A DNA stretch of 46,002 nucleotides from Nemertoderma westbladi (lineage: Eukaryota; Animalia; Xenacoelomorpha), in contig JAUCBJ010007334.1 in assembly GCA_032718475.1 (NCBI GenBank), positions 1-46,002 of the forward strand, in the 5' to 3' direction. This document shows, one piece after another, positions 32,598 through 45,289 of the stretch (position 1 is the first letter of the stretch; each line of letters opens with the position of its first letter). The translations under genes and the position numbers were made by a program. The notes beneath the pieces are model-generated. The model was not told the DNA's origin. It worked only from the letters and a program-made list of their open reading frames with translations, and made no database searches.

Positions 32598-34483
32598 TTA
32601 GAAAACTGGTTTACAATCTTTACAAAGCAATATTGCATGGGTAAGGCACGTGGGATTGCCGCAGGAATTGCAACAAGTGCTTACTTTCAGTAAATTGGAT
32701 TTTGTTACTTTATATCCAACATCACCGACTTCGGAAACGCAACGCAACGCAGCGCTTCCTCTTCTGCATTTCCAGTTTATTTGGAAATAGATTGATTGCA
32801 CGGGGAATGGTAGGAGCTTCCCGCGACCCACTACTGGGTTGTGACGTTGTTGGCCCAGGGGTGGTTTGAGGCACGGTCGACGATAGTGGGATTGCTGACA
32901 TCGTGGTGGGGGTTAGCTGTGGGGTCGTTGGTGTCGCGGTCAGGGGCTGCGGGGTCGTTGGACTCGCGGCCATGGATTGTGGGGTTGTTGACCTGGCGGT
33001 TATGGGTTGTGGGGTCGTTGGCCTCGCGGTCATGGGCTGTGGGGTCGTTGGCCTCGCGGTTATGGGCTGTGGGGTCGTTGTCCTCGCGGTCATGGGCTGT
33101 GGGGTCGTTGGCCTCGCGGTCATTGGCTGTGGGGTCGTTGGCCTCGCGGTCATGGGCTGTGGGGTCGTTGGCCTCGCGGTCATTGGCTGTGGGGTCGTTG
33201 GCCTCGCGGTCATGGGCTGTGGGGTCGTTGGCCTCGCGGTCATTGGCTGTGGGGTCGTTGGCTTCGCGGTCATGGGTTGTGGGGTCAATGATCGCGGGGT
33301 TGAGGGCTGCTTCCATGGCTTTATGTCCCCCAACATAAATTTAATTTTATTGCAAACAGTAAGCGGGAGAAATAAGTTCGAGCGCCTCTCGATGTTGGGC
33401 TTAACAAGCCCGAGAGCGAGCTCCCACCCCTGAGTAAACGACTCGACTCCTCCAGCCGAGGGTTACGTTTTCTATTTAGGGCAACAAGTGATTGCGCGTT
33501 GACTCTTGCAGTATCCAGCGTATAGGAAAACGCAACCATAGGCCACCGTCGACTCTTGGTTTTTACTGAATACTTTCCAATACGCTGGTCTACCTGGTCG
33601 GTCTCACCCTTTGTGTAATCGTATGCTTTGTAAAGCGCGGGTTTGCATTTTCCGTCGTCCTTAGTTATTCCTAGCAGCGGTTTAGTTGATGTCAGCATCA
33701 ACACATTTCTAAAAATTTATCAATATCCATATACATCCAACTATAGCTGAGAAATCAATAACAAACTATTAATTACCTAATGATAACTTAATAATAAATT
33801 AATTACCAACCGTATGCTAAAACTATGGGGCGGGGGGGGGGGGGGGGGGGGTGGTGGCTGCGGTATAGAATAACCTCAATAAAATTAATGCGGTCAATAC
33901 GAACCTCTTTCCCGTGCTCTTTGTTTGCACTACGTATGACATCAGACAGTTTGTAAGTTTGCCCCTGCCTATCTCCCATAATGCCTTCACGCTCAACTCA
34001 AAACGGTTTTCTATTGTTGCGAGAATTGGTGGCACACCTTTCCGATTCGTTTGAATGGTACCTATTAGTGTAATATTACGAGATTGTAATTCTCGCAACA
34101 ATCGTATGGATGTATAGAGCCGATCACACGTAATATTTCGTCCACCAAGTTTCTTTCTCTTTGAAGCAAAATCAACAAGTTTGATTACGACAGTATCGTT
34201 CCCTTCCACATAGTGTGGTGCAACACGTTGTTGGGGTTGACTAAGTTGGGTCTCGGGTTCTTGGGCTAAGGTAGTTTTGACACGTTTCGCTGATTTGGTT
34301 TGGCCCGGTTGAGTTAGGGTTCGTTTGTCGGGTTTATTTGCCTGCTTGAGTGCAATCGGTTTACCGCAATATGGATCGGACGCGTATGTGAATGGTATTC
34401 TAGTGTCATTCAATGATCGATTGTTTATACCATACCGCGCAGGTTTCGTCTTTATATATGTCTTTAAAGATGATATAGCATGC
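32598..34483 (-). pseudogene. Spliced piggyBac transposase (PGBD4-like DDD core plus C-terminal Cys-rich domain), frameshifted
   Basis: Exon 34483-33905 (KP.RYG, PY.GKP, GRNITCDRLYTSI, GT...NRKGVP); GT-AG intron 33904-33709 joins in frame KSTGKR/NVLML; KPALY..YDYTKG.TD.VDQ and SRRW motifs; CRD C..C.NPTCLTH...C..C ends at 32598; frameshifts near 33440 and 32745. Confidence 0.9.
32916..33287 (-). repeat. 30-bp coding minisatellite encoding (TTPQPMTARP)n
   Basis: About 12 units; stop-free in several frames on both strands. Confidence 0.95.
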
Positions 34484-36354
34484 CTAAAACATTTTGTGAA
34501 TAAGTGTAATAATGAAACACAAATAATTGAAATTGAAAAGAAATAAAGAGGTTTAACTACTTTATATACTTATTAATATACTCACACTCGGTTACTGCAG
34601 TCAATAGCAAACACTGGCCAGTGCCCAGTCCCCATGATAGTGTACCTGTTCAGAGAGAGGTGCTTTCTTTCCTTCTATGGAATATGGGGCCTTAACCCAC
34701 CACATTATGCACCACATTGCTAAGCTAACTTGATCAAGTATTTTCATGTGGTCGCAAATATCTTTCAACTAAACTTGATAAAGTCTTATTTATGTAGGGA
34801 TGGCATATACAATAACTTAAATAAATATAATAAATCCAGTATAGAAGTGAGAAAAGGTATATTATTTCATAAACAAATTAATTATCAGTAATATACCGGC
34901 AATAGAAACAAGATCGTTATTATTTCTATATTACAAATCGTGATGAAATTTATTGTATGCAATAAAGAATAGTCTTTCTGTGTTTTTAATTAATTTTTTA
35001 TTTTATTTATTTATTTGATTCGCTTTTAATGTCACAGTTTTTATAGTTTAATTTTAAAGTGTGAACTAATAATGTAATTTTAATCGAGTTCAGGATATTA
35101 AATGAAAGTAAATACACTTCTTGTTTACTAATAATGTAAATTAATACATTTTTTGTTTATAACCGCGCCATTTACATGAATTATGGTTTATTAGGAAACC
35201 ATGTAAAACATTATACATTATAAAGGCACAGGTGGAAGGAAGACTAGAGTAGCAGCAGTGCACATAACATAGTTAGCAAGCAGAACCAGCAAGAAAGCGC
35301 CCTTGACGCACAGCCCACCCACCACTCACATATCAGAGGACCTCCCATTGAATGATTGATTGAAATTTTATAACGGTAGTTGGCTAGCTTTGATCAGTGC
35401 CGCTGTCCCATAGGGCTAATGTTAATATTCTCTCTCTTGGAAAACGATTTTCTGAGTAGATACACTTGGAACCAAATGTACCAATGTGGGTCCAGGGGAA
35501 TGGATAATTAAATTCGTACTGTATCACTTCCACACATTGCAGACCAAATGAAACACCAATGACAACTACTCGTCTTACAAAAACGCAGCCATTATGGGTT
35601 CAGATTACTGCTGTCTAATGCATATAATGCATATGTGCATAATGCATATATATAATATAATGCATATGCATATGTAACCTCCGTATCTTCAATTGCCTTT
35701 CCCTTTAATGTAAATAAAAATAACGGGTCAATTTACCGCAGGCAAAATCAATTGTCTGACAGGACATTCCTGTCAGACAGGAATGACCTGTCTCACAGTT
35801 AGAAGCAAAACGTGTGGATTTAATATAGCACTATATCCCTACCCCCCACCCCCCCACCCCTTAATTAACTTCTCTACATTCATGAAGGGCCTATGACTTT
35901 CGATGGTGTTGCGTTATTTTATATATATAGCTAATGGTCTGAATGTAGAAACAGCGAAAGTAATATTATATGTTAATAAATTCACAAAGAAGGACAGGAC
36001 TGACACGACGGTTTTCAATATCTGTTCGAATGTTTATTCCCTTAGCATTCTCATTGCTGCTTCTATCAGTCTATACTATGTCAGTGCCATATACCGTAGC
36101 AACCAACAACATTCTATAGCCAGGTTGGTGGAAAAGCCGTTCAAAAATAAATCACGGTTGGTTAGATTTCTAAGCGGCGTCAAGAAGTGTTATGGTTAAT
36201 AGATACTGCACTGTTGGCGCATCCGGGGTTGGCGGACACCGCGGCTGTCACTCATCCTGGACCTGTCCTGCATTGTTTATTTGACAAAAGGTAGCGGCAG
36301 CCACACACTCTTTAAATCACTTAGATTTAAGTAGGCCTACCTGTCTTCAGTCTG

Positions 36355-36447
36355 GGTAACAGACGTTTCGGTCTAAGACGTTTTGGCCTAGGACGTTTCG
36401 GCCCAATGAATGAAATGCAAGATTTGCTTGTCGGACGTTTTGGCCCA
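36355..36447 (+). repeat. Subterminal-type repeats GACGTTT(C/T)GG(C/T)C x4, probable DNA-transposon end
   Basis: Four copies directly visible. Confidence 0.4.
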
Positions 36448-39419
36448 AAGATTCACTTTACTCCCTTAAATAAGTTATTCAATATATTTGTTTTGTAGTT
36501 GTTACCATCGTTACTAGAGGAGTTGTCAGTTGGAACTGCTCCACCTGTTTGAAGATCGAAGTTCTACATTATATTTATAAATAATAACTAATGTAATATT
36601 ATTATTATTTATTTATATAAATTTACACCATACTGTAACTTAGAACAAAGATAACATATGCTGACAAATTAACTTTAGTATTATGGATGGGGTTTCCCCC
36701 TAAAAAAAAACATACATATTTTAACATGTGAGTCAATAAATAAAGTACATTAAAATACACCGAATTAAAAATATTACTGTATTTTAATGTTAGATTTAAA
36801 AATATAATAGATAAGAAATATTCCATTACAGGAGCATTGTTAATAATTATGAGACAGACTGGATGTCATATGGAATGAGATAAAATATATGCGTATTAAA
36901 TTTAAATTTAGATGAAATATATGCGTATTAAAAGGGCCAGAGTGGATGTGAAGTGAAATAAAATATGTATTAATAAAAGCATTATACTTCGTTATCTATG
37001 GGTATAAATCAAAATCATCTATCATCGAAGATGATAGTAGTTATTGTTTCAACAGGTCATTAAGATATAGCTGCAATACACTGTCCAGCTACAATAATTA
37101 TCAATTGAGTAGTGTTTAAAATTAATGAAGTATCTCCAAAATATATCGATCAGACGAGATTTAAGCCCTAAATGGTTCGTGAAATTGATTCACTTTGGTA
37201 GTACTGTATATTAGTTTCAGATAATTTTTACAGTTGATCCAACATAACAGATAAAATCATTAATTCCAATTTTTCTAATTCTTTAAAATATTTTTATAAA
37301 AATACTATCCTTAAAATCAAATCATTACTACTTATGATACATTAATCAATCGTTGATAACTCAGAACCACCAATACTCTAATCCAAATCTAATGTAGTAT
37401 AATACAGTATAATTCTAAGGCTTTATTTATACTTACAATATACTGTTACCAGTTACCAATTACCGGTACACCGGTAGCAATTTCCGCGGACAATTCAACG
37501 GACAAAAAAAATTCTTGTGGATCTAAAGCACTGTATCCTAGTGGACCATCGAATCCTTTGACAATCAGTGAATAACTACTACACACAGCCGCTCCACTCC
37601 CCACCCCCATCTCTCTCTCTCTCTCACAAACTCAGCTGTCCTACCAAACTAATGTGTTCTATACTATCTCCCTATAGAACCTGTTGTATTACATCTAACC
37701 AATATTAGTTAACTTATCTACCTTCATGAAGGGCCTATGAATTTCGATGGTTACACCATGGCCTACTATATATAGTAGGCCATGGTTACACCAAATAATT
37801 CCACTCTGCTACTAATGACTCACCAGCAGATATCTTTTCCAGCGGCCTTCATTGATTGGCTAAATTCTTGGCTATCATTTGGTTATCATTATGTTCTGCC
37901 TGTGCCGCCTATAAGCAAACCAACAACAATATTCTGTACATTATTACTGTTCTGGGTTTGTGTATTGAATTATTTTATATATAGCTAATCTGCTAATGGC
38001 CTCAATGTGTAGATCGATGCGCGATCGGACCACTTTTCTTCATATTTGTTTAGGCCTAAGGCAGCAACCCAGGTAGCATACTGTAACCGCATTTATATTT
38101 ATTTATATTAATTAATTGCTTTAATTTTAGGTGTAAGCGTAAGTACTTTGTAAACATAGGCCTGTCTACCTGTCACATACAGACATAGGCCTGTCTTTTT
38201 ATATGCCTGTATAGTAAAATTCTGAGAATATATTATCAGGTGATATAAACTGATTATTAATTCGAATTTGATTAATTAACTGCATTCTGGCATCTGGTGT
38301 TACCACAGGACCAAGTTTGTGTGCTACCCAACCCACCACTCCCAAATAGACAATTGACAAACTTTCATAGAGTTGCCTCAAAGAAAGGTCCTTGACACAA
38401 TCAAAGGTGCAAAGTTCATCATGACATTGACAAAGTGCTGTAGGCCAATCCGAGCTAGAGGTACCACCAGCGGTACCGGTACATTTCGCCATAATCAAGT
38501 ACCGGTAATCCAGAATTATAATACAGTAATATCGGAATATGAAAATCAGTCTAAAAACACTGACTGTATGTACTGCTGTATGCTACTGCTACGCTACACA
38601 CTCTGATACTAGGACTATAATAATACAGTATCCTGGTATCGGTACCGGCTGACCGGTAATACCTAATAGCAGTATAGCCTACCTGTAGCAATAGCAGTTG
38701 CAGTATAGTGCCTGTCAGCCTGTAGGCTTGTGTTTGTTGAGCTGATTGCAGGTAGCGAAAAATCATGGGTCCCCATATGTGATAGAGCCTGTCACTTCTA
38801 TGCTATATCAGTTCAGTACATGGTAGGCCAATACTTAGGCTGTTAGGCCACCAGTATTGGTTCTGTGGTTTGGAAGCAGTGGAATTGTGGTTTGGAAGCA
38901 GTGGAATTGTGCACTGGAAGGCACCCAACCACCCAGACCACTCACCGTGGTCTGGCTGTCTGGTGGTACTTTAAATTAATCTAATTATTAATTAATCATA
39001 ATAATTAATTTATCTAATCTAAAGCCCGGTTTCCATGATTTAACATACTGTAGCTACTGTACTAAGCTATATTACTATATACTAATACTAATATATATTA
39101 TAGCTAAATTGCAAGTAATGCTAGCTGTAGTAATACTACAGGACTACAGCAGCAATAGTACTATACTAATTAATACTACAATAGTAATACTAACAGTTGG
39201 CCGTGTCTCACAGCTACCTCCTACTGTATTTCAGATACTCTCATCCCGGTTTCACAACACTACTGTCACTAAATGTGGAATGCCACAGTACTGGTTCTGC
39301 TACTGCAGTACGGTACCTACAAAATCTATATATATGTATCAATCAAGAGATTAAATAATGTTTTTATAATCTGAGGCGAATCGGAGCAGCACTTAGCTGC
39401 TTAGCGATAGTCCAGGCAT

Positions 39420-39770
39420 TATTAAAAAAAAAGGGTTGAAAAACCAATACGAATAAAAAAAGTAAATTAAAAACTGGTATTGAAGAAAAAGAAACGGTAG
39501 TAAAAAACAGTAAGAAAAAGGCAAATAAATCATGGTAATTAAAAAGGAAAGTCAAAACTTTTATAGGCAATAAAGAAAAAATGAATAGTAAAAACCAGGT
39601 AAAAAAAGGCATTTAAAAACTGGTGATAAAATACGAATGTAATAACTAATAATAAAGAAATGGGAAGAAAACCAGTAAGAAAAAACGGCAAGTAAAGTCT
39701 GGTAGGCCTAATAAAAAAGGAAAGTAAAAACTGGAAATTTGTAATAGAAAAGGAAAGTAAAAACTGATAG
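39420..39770. repeat. Degenerate A-rich ~30-bp tandem repeat (GGAAAGTAAAAACTGGT...)
   Basis: Recurring AAAAACTGGT/AAAGTAA units. Confidence 0.6.
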
Positions 39771-40134
39771 ATTGCTCAACCACTGATACCTCCTTGGTTT
39801 GGCCGCTGGTTCCTATTGCTACTTCGATCTTTCTATCTAAACCATGTACCTGTACTTCACACATTCATTTAAGTCTCTTTGGGTTGTGAACTCATAACTC
39901 AGTTCTACCCGGTAGTTACTGGTACGATTTCTTGTAGTTCAATTTTAATTTTAATAGCGCTCATGGTACTTTCACACCTCACATACTGTACTGATGTTAC
40001 TCTTATTCCACTGTTTTAGTAGCATTCTTACAGGTAGTAGGCCTTCATTAACTTAATTACTTAAATTTACTGCGCAAATTTTCAATTATAATTAAATTAA
40101 AATCGTATTCATACCTTAAAATAATTGTGCTGTC

Positions 40135-40440
40135 TAGCGGCTCCAACGGCATCCCGGAGTTCATTATGCTGCTGGATTACCAGGCCCCCCCCCCCCTTCT
40201 TGCAGTTGAGGCCGTGGTTTAGGTCGAAGCCTGAACCACAGCCGTCACAGCGACTTGGGACCCCCACCAGCGGCCTACCGTACTGGATGGCTAGCGCGTC
40301 CCTCAATTCCTGTGGAGACAGGTCAAACTGGTGTTCCGCCAATGGGACTGACGAAACCCATCCGCCTGTCTTCATCTCGGTCAGTGTATGGGCGGTATCG
40401 CCACCCTCGACGGCCGCGCCCACGCCCACCACCTCGTCAT
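40135..40440 (-). pseudogene. Second CRE-clade fragment (pre-RLE region plus zinc knuckle), different family from 4323-5015
   Basis: W....P.....F.LS..E.RDAL...YG.....P.RCDGCG..F...H.L.CK.GG....HNELRD. Confidence 0.75.
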
Positions 40441-41899
40441 GGGTGAGTACTCATAATATTAATAATAGGATTACGGCCGTTGATGTGTATTCGGTCCATG
40501 TTTCTAGGTATGCTTAATAATCAATTTGGTGCACACCACTTGTGTTTGTTTTTTTAAATAGCCCATTTAGAGGAAAAGCAGCAGGTTAATGAGGCGGGCT
40601 TTTCTAACCAAAACAATAAACGATCACTTTTCCATTCAAATATAATTGCTTTACTCAAGCAAGTATAATTGCAGTAATTTAAGTTACTTTTTTACTCAGT
40701 TCGTAAAGGTGTCAAATATAATTGCTCTACTATTTTATTCAGTTCAAAAAGGTTTAGAAGTATAATTGCACTATTTCAATGTACTTTTATTTCCAATATC
40801 TTGCTGAATGTTTGATAGGCCTACATCTGATGCAGAAAACAATATTTGTTTTTGTCAAGGATTTGCAGAAATCGTCTATCTTAAAGGAACAAAATAACAA
40901 ATCTACACAGATCAGATATAGTGCTGTCAGTTGAGTAGTAAGGATATTTCTGATCTTCTTTTAGGACAAAAATTGCCAGTATACCGGTATATACAGTAGG
41001 CCTAGTTAATTCGTCACCTGATGCTAACTTTTCTCTTGATATTGGTACTGGCAGACATGGCTATTAAGGTATCTCTCTAATCGTTGCAGATTTGTTGCAT
41101 ATATGATCCATTCCACAGGAAATGACTGACAAACAACTAATACATAATGTAACTGACATTTGTTTCAAACAAATGCCAGTTACATTATGTATTCAGTACA
41201 TTGTGTGTCAGTCATGTTGCGTTGTTATGGCAAACCCCGCCATCTGTGTAAAGTGTAAAGCTAAATGAGTAAATCTAAATAAGAACAAAATGTCCGTTAA
41301 AGTGTTAAATTGTGCACTGGAATACAGTGGCTGAATTCGGCCAAAATTAATTATATTATGGAAACACGTTTTTGGTGATGTTGTAAAATTAATTATATTA
41401 TGAAAACACGTTTCTCACCCAGACAGTCTGGCGCCAATGACACTCATAAGGTGACATTGGGTGTCACCCAGACAGTCTGGCGCCAGTCAGTGGGGTCTGT
41501 CTAACTGTCACCAAGCCGGCCAAGACTCTACTACTAATGTAGTTGAAGGGAAGATAGTTTGTCCGTGTTGCTGTTCAGAATTAAAGTCCAGTATATCAAA
41601 AAAGCTGATTGTACATCTCCATAAGAACATTACCTAGTACATTACCCACATTGTAGACGTACTGCCCATGGTTATCGCCAACAAGGGTGACCCGACAATC
41701 AGCTAACTGATATTGTGCATGTGTGTTTTGTGAAGTTCAATTATTTTATATTGTTTTATATAATTAGTTGGCACATTATACTTTCTATTTAAAGTGTACA
41801 TACATATAATATATCATTTGTATTCTTAAATTGTTACTTTTTCGCTCAAATATACCCAAAACCCTTTTTTCCCAATCAGGACAATGCCTTTGCTGAAGA

Positions 41900-42571
41900 T
41901 TAAGAAGTTCCGTGATGTTCCCATGACGATACCTGTGCCCTCTTCCCTTTTTCTTTAGATGCCAACTGTGAGCCGGAAATTTTCAAGACAAGGGGTAGCA
42001 CATCAACAGTAACCTTGACTTTTTCTGCTACTGACTCCTTGAAAAGGACCTTGGCCCTTTCCTCTTTGCCAACAGCATATTTAGTGAGATAGCTGACCAT
42101 GAGACGCCTGCCTATCACATACTTGTACCTTAGTACAAGAACATGTAAAAGTAAATAGGCATGGGATGGTGGGGACAAAAAAACTCATCACTACAGGCTG
42201 GGTAGTGATATTTCCAGCCCAGAAATTTTGGTGTAATAAACGTTCCCCTTCACCATCCATTGTTGTCAGTCCAAGAGATTCCATGATATCCATGGTTTTG
42301 TTTGAAAAAATGTTTTTGTGTTCAATGAACACTGCTTCAGAACGTTCTAGGTACTGAGTATCCTTCACCATTCCTTGGTAACAATTTCCTTCACCCTTAT
42401 TATAAGTCTCAATTACTTTCTTTGTTGTGGGGCCATGATTGGTCCACACAACTGCATAATAATGCTCAATTACTTTCTTTGACTCACAATTAAACAAACA
42501 TTGTTATGTAACCAAGGAATCACGCAAATATTTTCCTTTTTAATTTCATTCCAAAAATAGATCTGTGACAT
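41900..42571 (-). pseudogene. Frameshifted orphan coding sequence of unknown function
   Basis: Overlapping frames 42081-42497 and 41900-42178 switch at a homopolymer run (~42177-42183); upstream TATAATA near 42679-42685; no recognised domain. Confidence 0.35.
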
Positions 42572-43010
42572 AATGGTAAATGTAGAGTTTAGTTGAAGCA
42601 ACACTTACCCTCACACTGAGCAACTCACTACACTTCACACTTTACAAAGTTCACCACTCTGACTCCCTCTACATTGTTTATTATAGCCGTAGGTTGGTAA
42701 TTATACTCAGTGATAATGGATAATTGATTAACCCAATTAGTCGCTTGGCAATTGTTAGAGCACTCTCATGGAGAATCAGGATGGTTAGAACTTGCTCGGG
42801 GAGAATAATGTTGGTTGGTAGTGCATGCTCAGGGAGAATAACAGCAGTTGGTAGAGCGTGCTCGGGGAGAATAACTAAAATAATAACTAATAATAACTAA
42901 TAACTAAAGTAACTAAAATTATTTTAATTACTCAAATTAATTTATCTTCAATCTGCAGCTTGCTTTAACCTATTTTATTATATCATATTATAAAGGAATG
43001 TTAGTATTAA

Positions 43011-43394
43011 TTAAAACTTACACCTTGGTTCCTCCCCGAAATCTTTTGATTCCTCCCAGTTTTCCTGAGGAAAGGGATGTATGTACCGGTCCTCCTCGGC
43101 CACCGCTTTCTCTTCCTCGAGATATTCCCGGTATAAGTAATGGCCATACCAGTTGGAGGAGCTCCAGAGGCGCTCCAACTTCTCTAATGCTCGAATCGCG
43201 AGCTCTTGCTCAATCAGGTCTTCATCCCACGCCATTTCCTCCTGGTATCTGAGATGTTGCAGATATGGAGTGACTGCTTCCGGCCTGCTCTCCATAGTCT
43301 GCGTGTCAGTTGTTCTGGTTGTGGTTGGGTAGGGGATGTTGGACCCATCGGTGATGGGTGTAGTAGCTGTGCTGGTGGTGGAGACCAGTGCCAT
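43011..43394 (-). CDS. Orphan 127-aa intronless protein (Thr-rich N-terminus, acidic helical C-terminus)
   Basis: TATATAAA (43565-43572), TCAGT Inr (43537-43541), ATG, stop, then AATAAA (42974-42979): a complete compact transcription unit. Confidence 0.45.
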   Translation of the reverse strand: MALVSTTSTATTPITDGSNIPYPTTTRTTDTQTMESRPEAVTPYLQHLRYQEEMAWDEDLIEQELAIRALEKLERLWSSSNWYGHYLYREYLEEEKAVAEEDRYIHPFPQENWEESKDFGEEPRCKF

Positions 43395-44446
43395 GGGGTA
43401 GCTAGCTGGGTGCTGGTGGTGGAATCCCTGATAATAAATAATTGGCGAATTAACAAGTTTAAAATAATCTGGTAAATTATCAAGTTTAAAAATGTAAAGA
43501 GTTTAAAATAAAACGTCTGAATTAATCGAACTCAAAACTGATGAAGAATGAAAGCCCAACTCGGTTTATATAGCATCAGCACAGAGGGAACATCGTAACA
43601 GATTCAACGAGAGGTGGCTTTAATGAAAGGGTTCCCAGTGATAAGTCGTTAGGAGGCAGTAGTAATTATATAATGGTAATAACTAAGGGGATATAACGCA
43701 TGAATGTCAGCCTGATTTGGGCCCTCAAGCTTATCAGCGATAGATATATCTCACATGTCGGCCGGCCCTCACGCAAATTAGTGGCGCCATGACTAACGGG
43801 GCGCTTCGAAGACAGTCTGGCTATAGTAGAGTAAAATCGGCATACGAGTCCATAGCTAAAATACATCTGCCATGGAGTCTTCACGCAGCACTGTGCTCAC
43901 CAACTTTATTTATAAAGCTCTATATTTTATTTTTCCGTAAATATACATCACTCGGATTAATCAGGATTAATCATGAAAATCGCTAAATAATGTATTTTAA
44001 TTAAATTCAACTCTGGCAAACAACTTACATACCGGTATCGGGTTTGTAAAGAATTCATAGGGATTGGCTGTTTATTTAGGGAATAACATTCAAATTGATT
44101 ATGAAGGAGCAATAGGGTCATTAACGGTATGCTGAGGCTCACTTACTTCATGGCTCGCTCTCATAGTATAGATTAGCTAATAGAGAAAAATGAAAAATAT
44201 CCGGTTAAACTTTTAGTTTTTTAAACATAAGGGGGAAACAAGAATAAATAATTTTCCGACAACATCAATAATAAATAATATAACGACAACAGATAAATAA
44301 TTTACCAACAACATTAATAATAAATAATATAAGAACATCAACAATAACAAAAGATATGGTTAGAACCGTTTTTATTAAATAAGACTGTTTACTGTTTATA
44401 TTAACAGGGTTGCTGGCCTCCGAGAATAACGTTTGGTTTAACCCTT

Positions 44447-45246
44447 TTAGGGTTCGATAATATTAACGGCTGCGATAATTTTCTCTATAATAGCTTGTTG
44501 AGATAACCTTTTCCTGGGGGGTGAAATAGATTTAAGGTGTGTATGCTGCGGGAGAAAAATGCCTTCTCTGAGAGAGTGTTTTAGTAAATCGAAAAGGCGT
44601 GCAATGGTAAAAGTCATTGGATAGGGTAATAGTGTTGGTATTTTTCGTAATGGTGAATATAATTTCTGCTGGTTTGCTCTCAATATGGATGTGAGGACTG
44701 AGATAGTAGTGGGTGCTGGGTGGTTTGGTCAGATTAATTGTGAGAAAATTGCTGCCCCTAATATTGAGACCGTTGGTGAACTGAAAAGTGGTATTGTATT
44801 CTCTTCGTCTTTCATTAAAATGGGCAAGATACCAACATATTTTTCGGTTTTGAACTTATAGATAAAGGCTGCAATATTGTTATTTCTGAGATAATGTTGG
44901 TGATTGGGGATCGTAATCTGCTTTTGTTTGAAAGCAAATTGTATAGCCATAGCCTTGAATCTGATTAGAGCTTCACGCGCTTGAATCGTGTTAGCTATAG
45001 TAAAGGATTCATTAAATATTCTCTCGGTTATCTGTAAACAAATTCTGAATCACTGATACAACTTTGTATCGATATTCGCTCGGAAATGTTGTCTTTGTAG
45101 ACGTTAAGTTCATTGCAGCAGACATATTCACTATCCTCGATGGTTGAATCGAACCATTTCAATTCGCCGACCTCAGGTGGTGTAAGAAGAATCATGCCCC
45201 GAGAAGAAACAATAGCCTTTCCATCGTCAACCTTGTAGCCATTCAT
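44447..45246 (-). pseudogene. Degraded orphan coding region (three colinear ORF pieces)
   Basis: 44729-44950 and 44447-44683 share a frame separated by one TGA; 45028-45246 lies just upstream; no recognised domain. Confidence 0.3.
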
Positions 45247-45261
45247 TCATTCAACAGAACG

Positions 45262-45289
45262 CCCGGGCGAACCGGTATTATATTAGTTA
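45262..45289 (+). mobile_element. Possible Helitron 3' terminus
   Basis: GC hairpin CCGG-GCGAA-CCGG, then 8 nt, then TTAGT (a CTAG-like end). Confidence 0.2.

Noticed and set aside
32831-33433. Extra overlapping ORFs (161-176 aa) on both strands
   Set aside because: By-products of a stop-free 30-bp repeat; only the PTTPQ frame connects to transposase sequence.
35753-35779. Perfect 11-bp hairpin TGTCTGACAGG-ACATT-CCTGTCAGACA as a terminator
   Set aside because: Eukaryotic context and no U-tract; more likely a transposon subterminal motif.
36335-36380. Minus-strand GAAAC...CTGAAGA hammerhead candidate
   Set aside because: Stems I and II cannot form; the GACGTTTCGG units are better explained as subterminal repeats.
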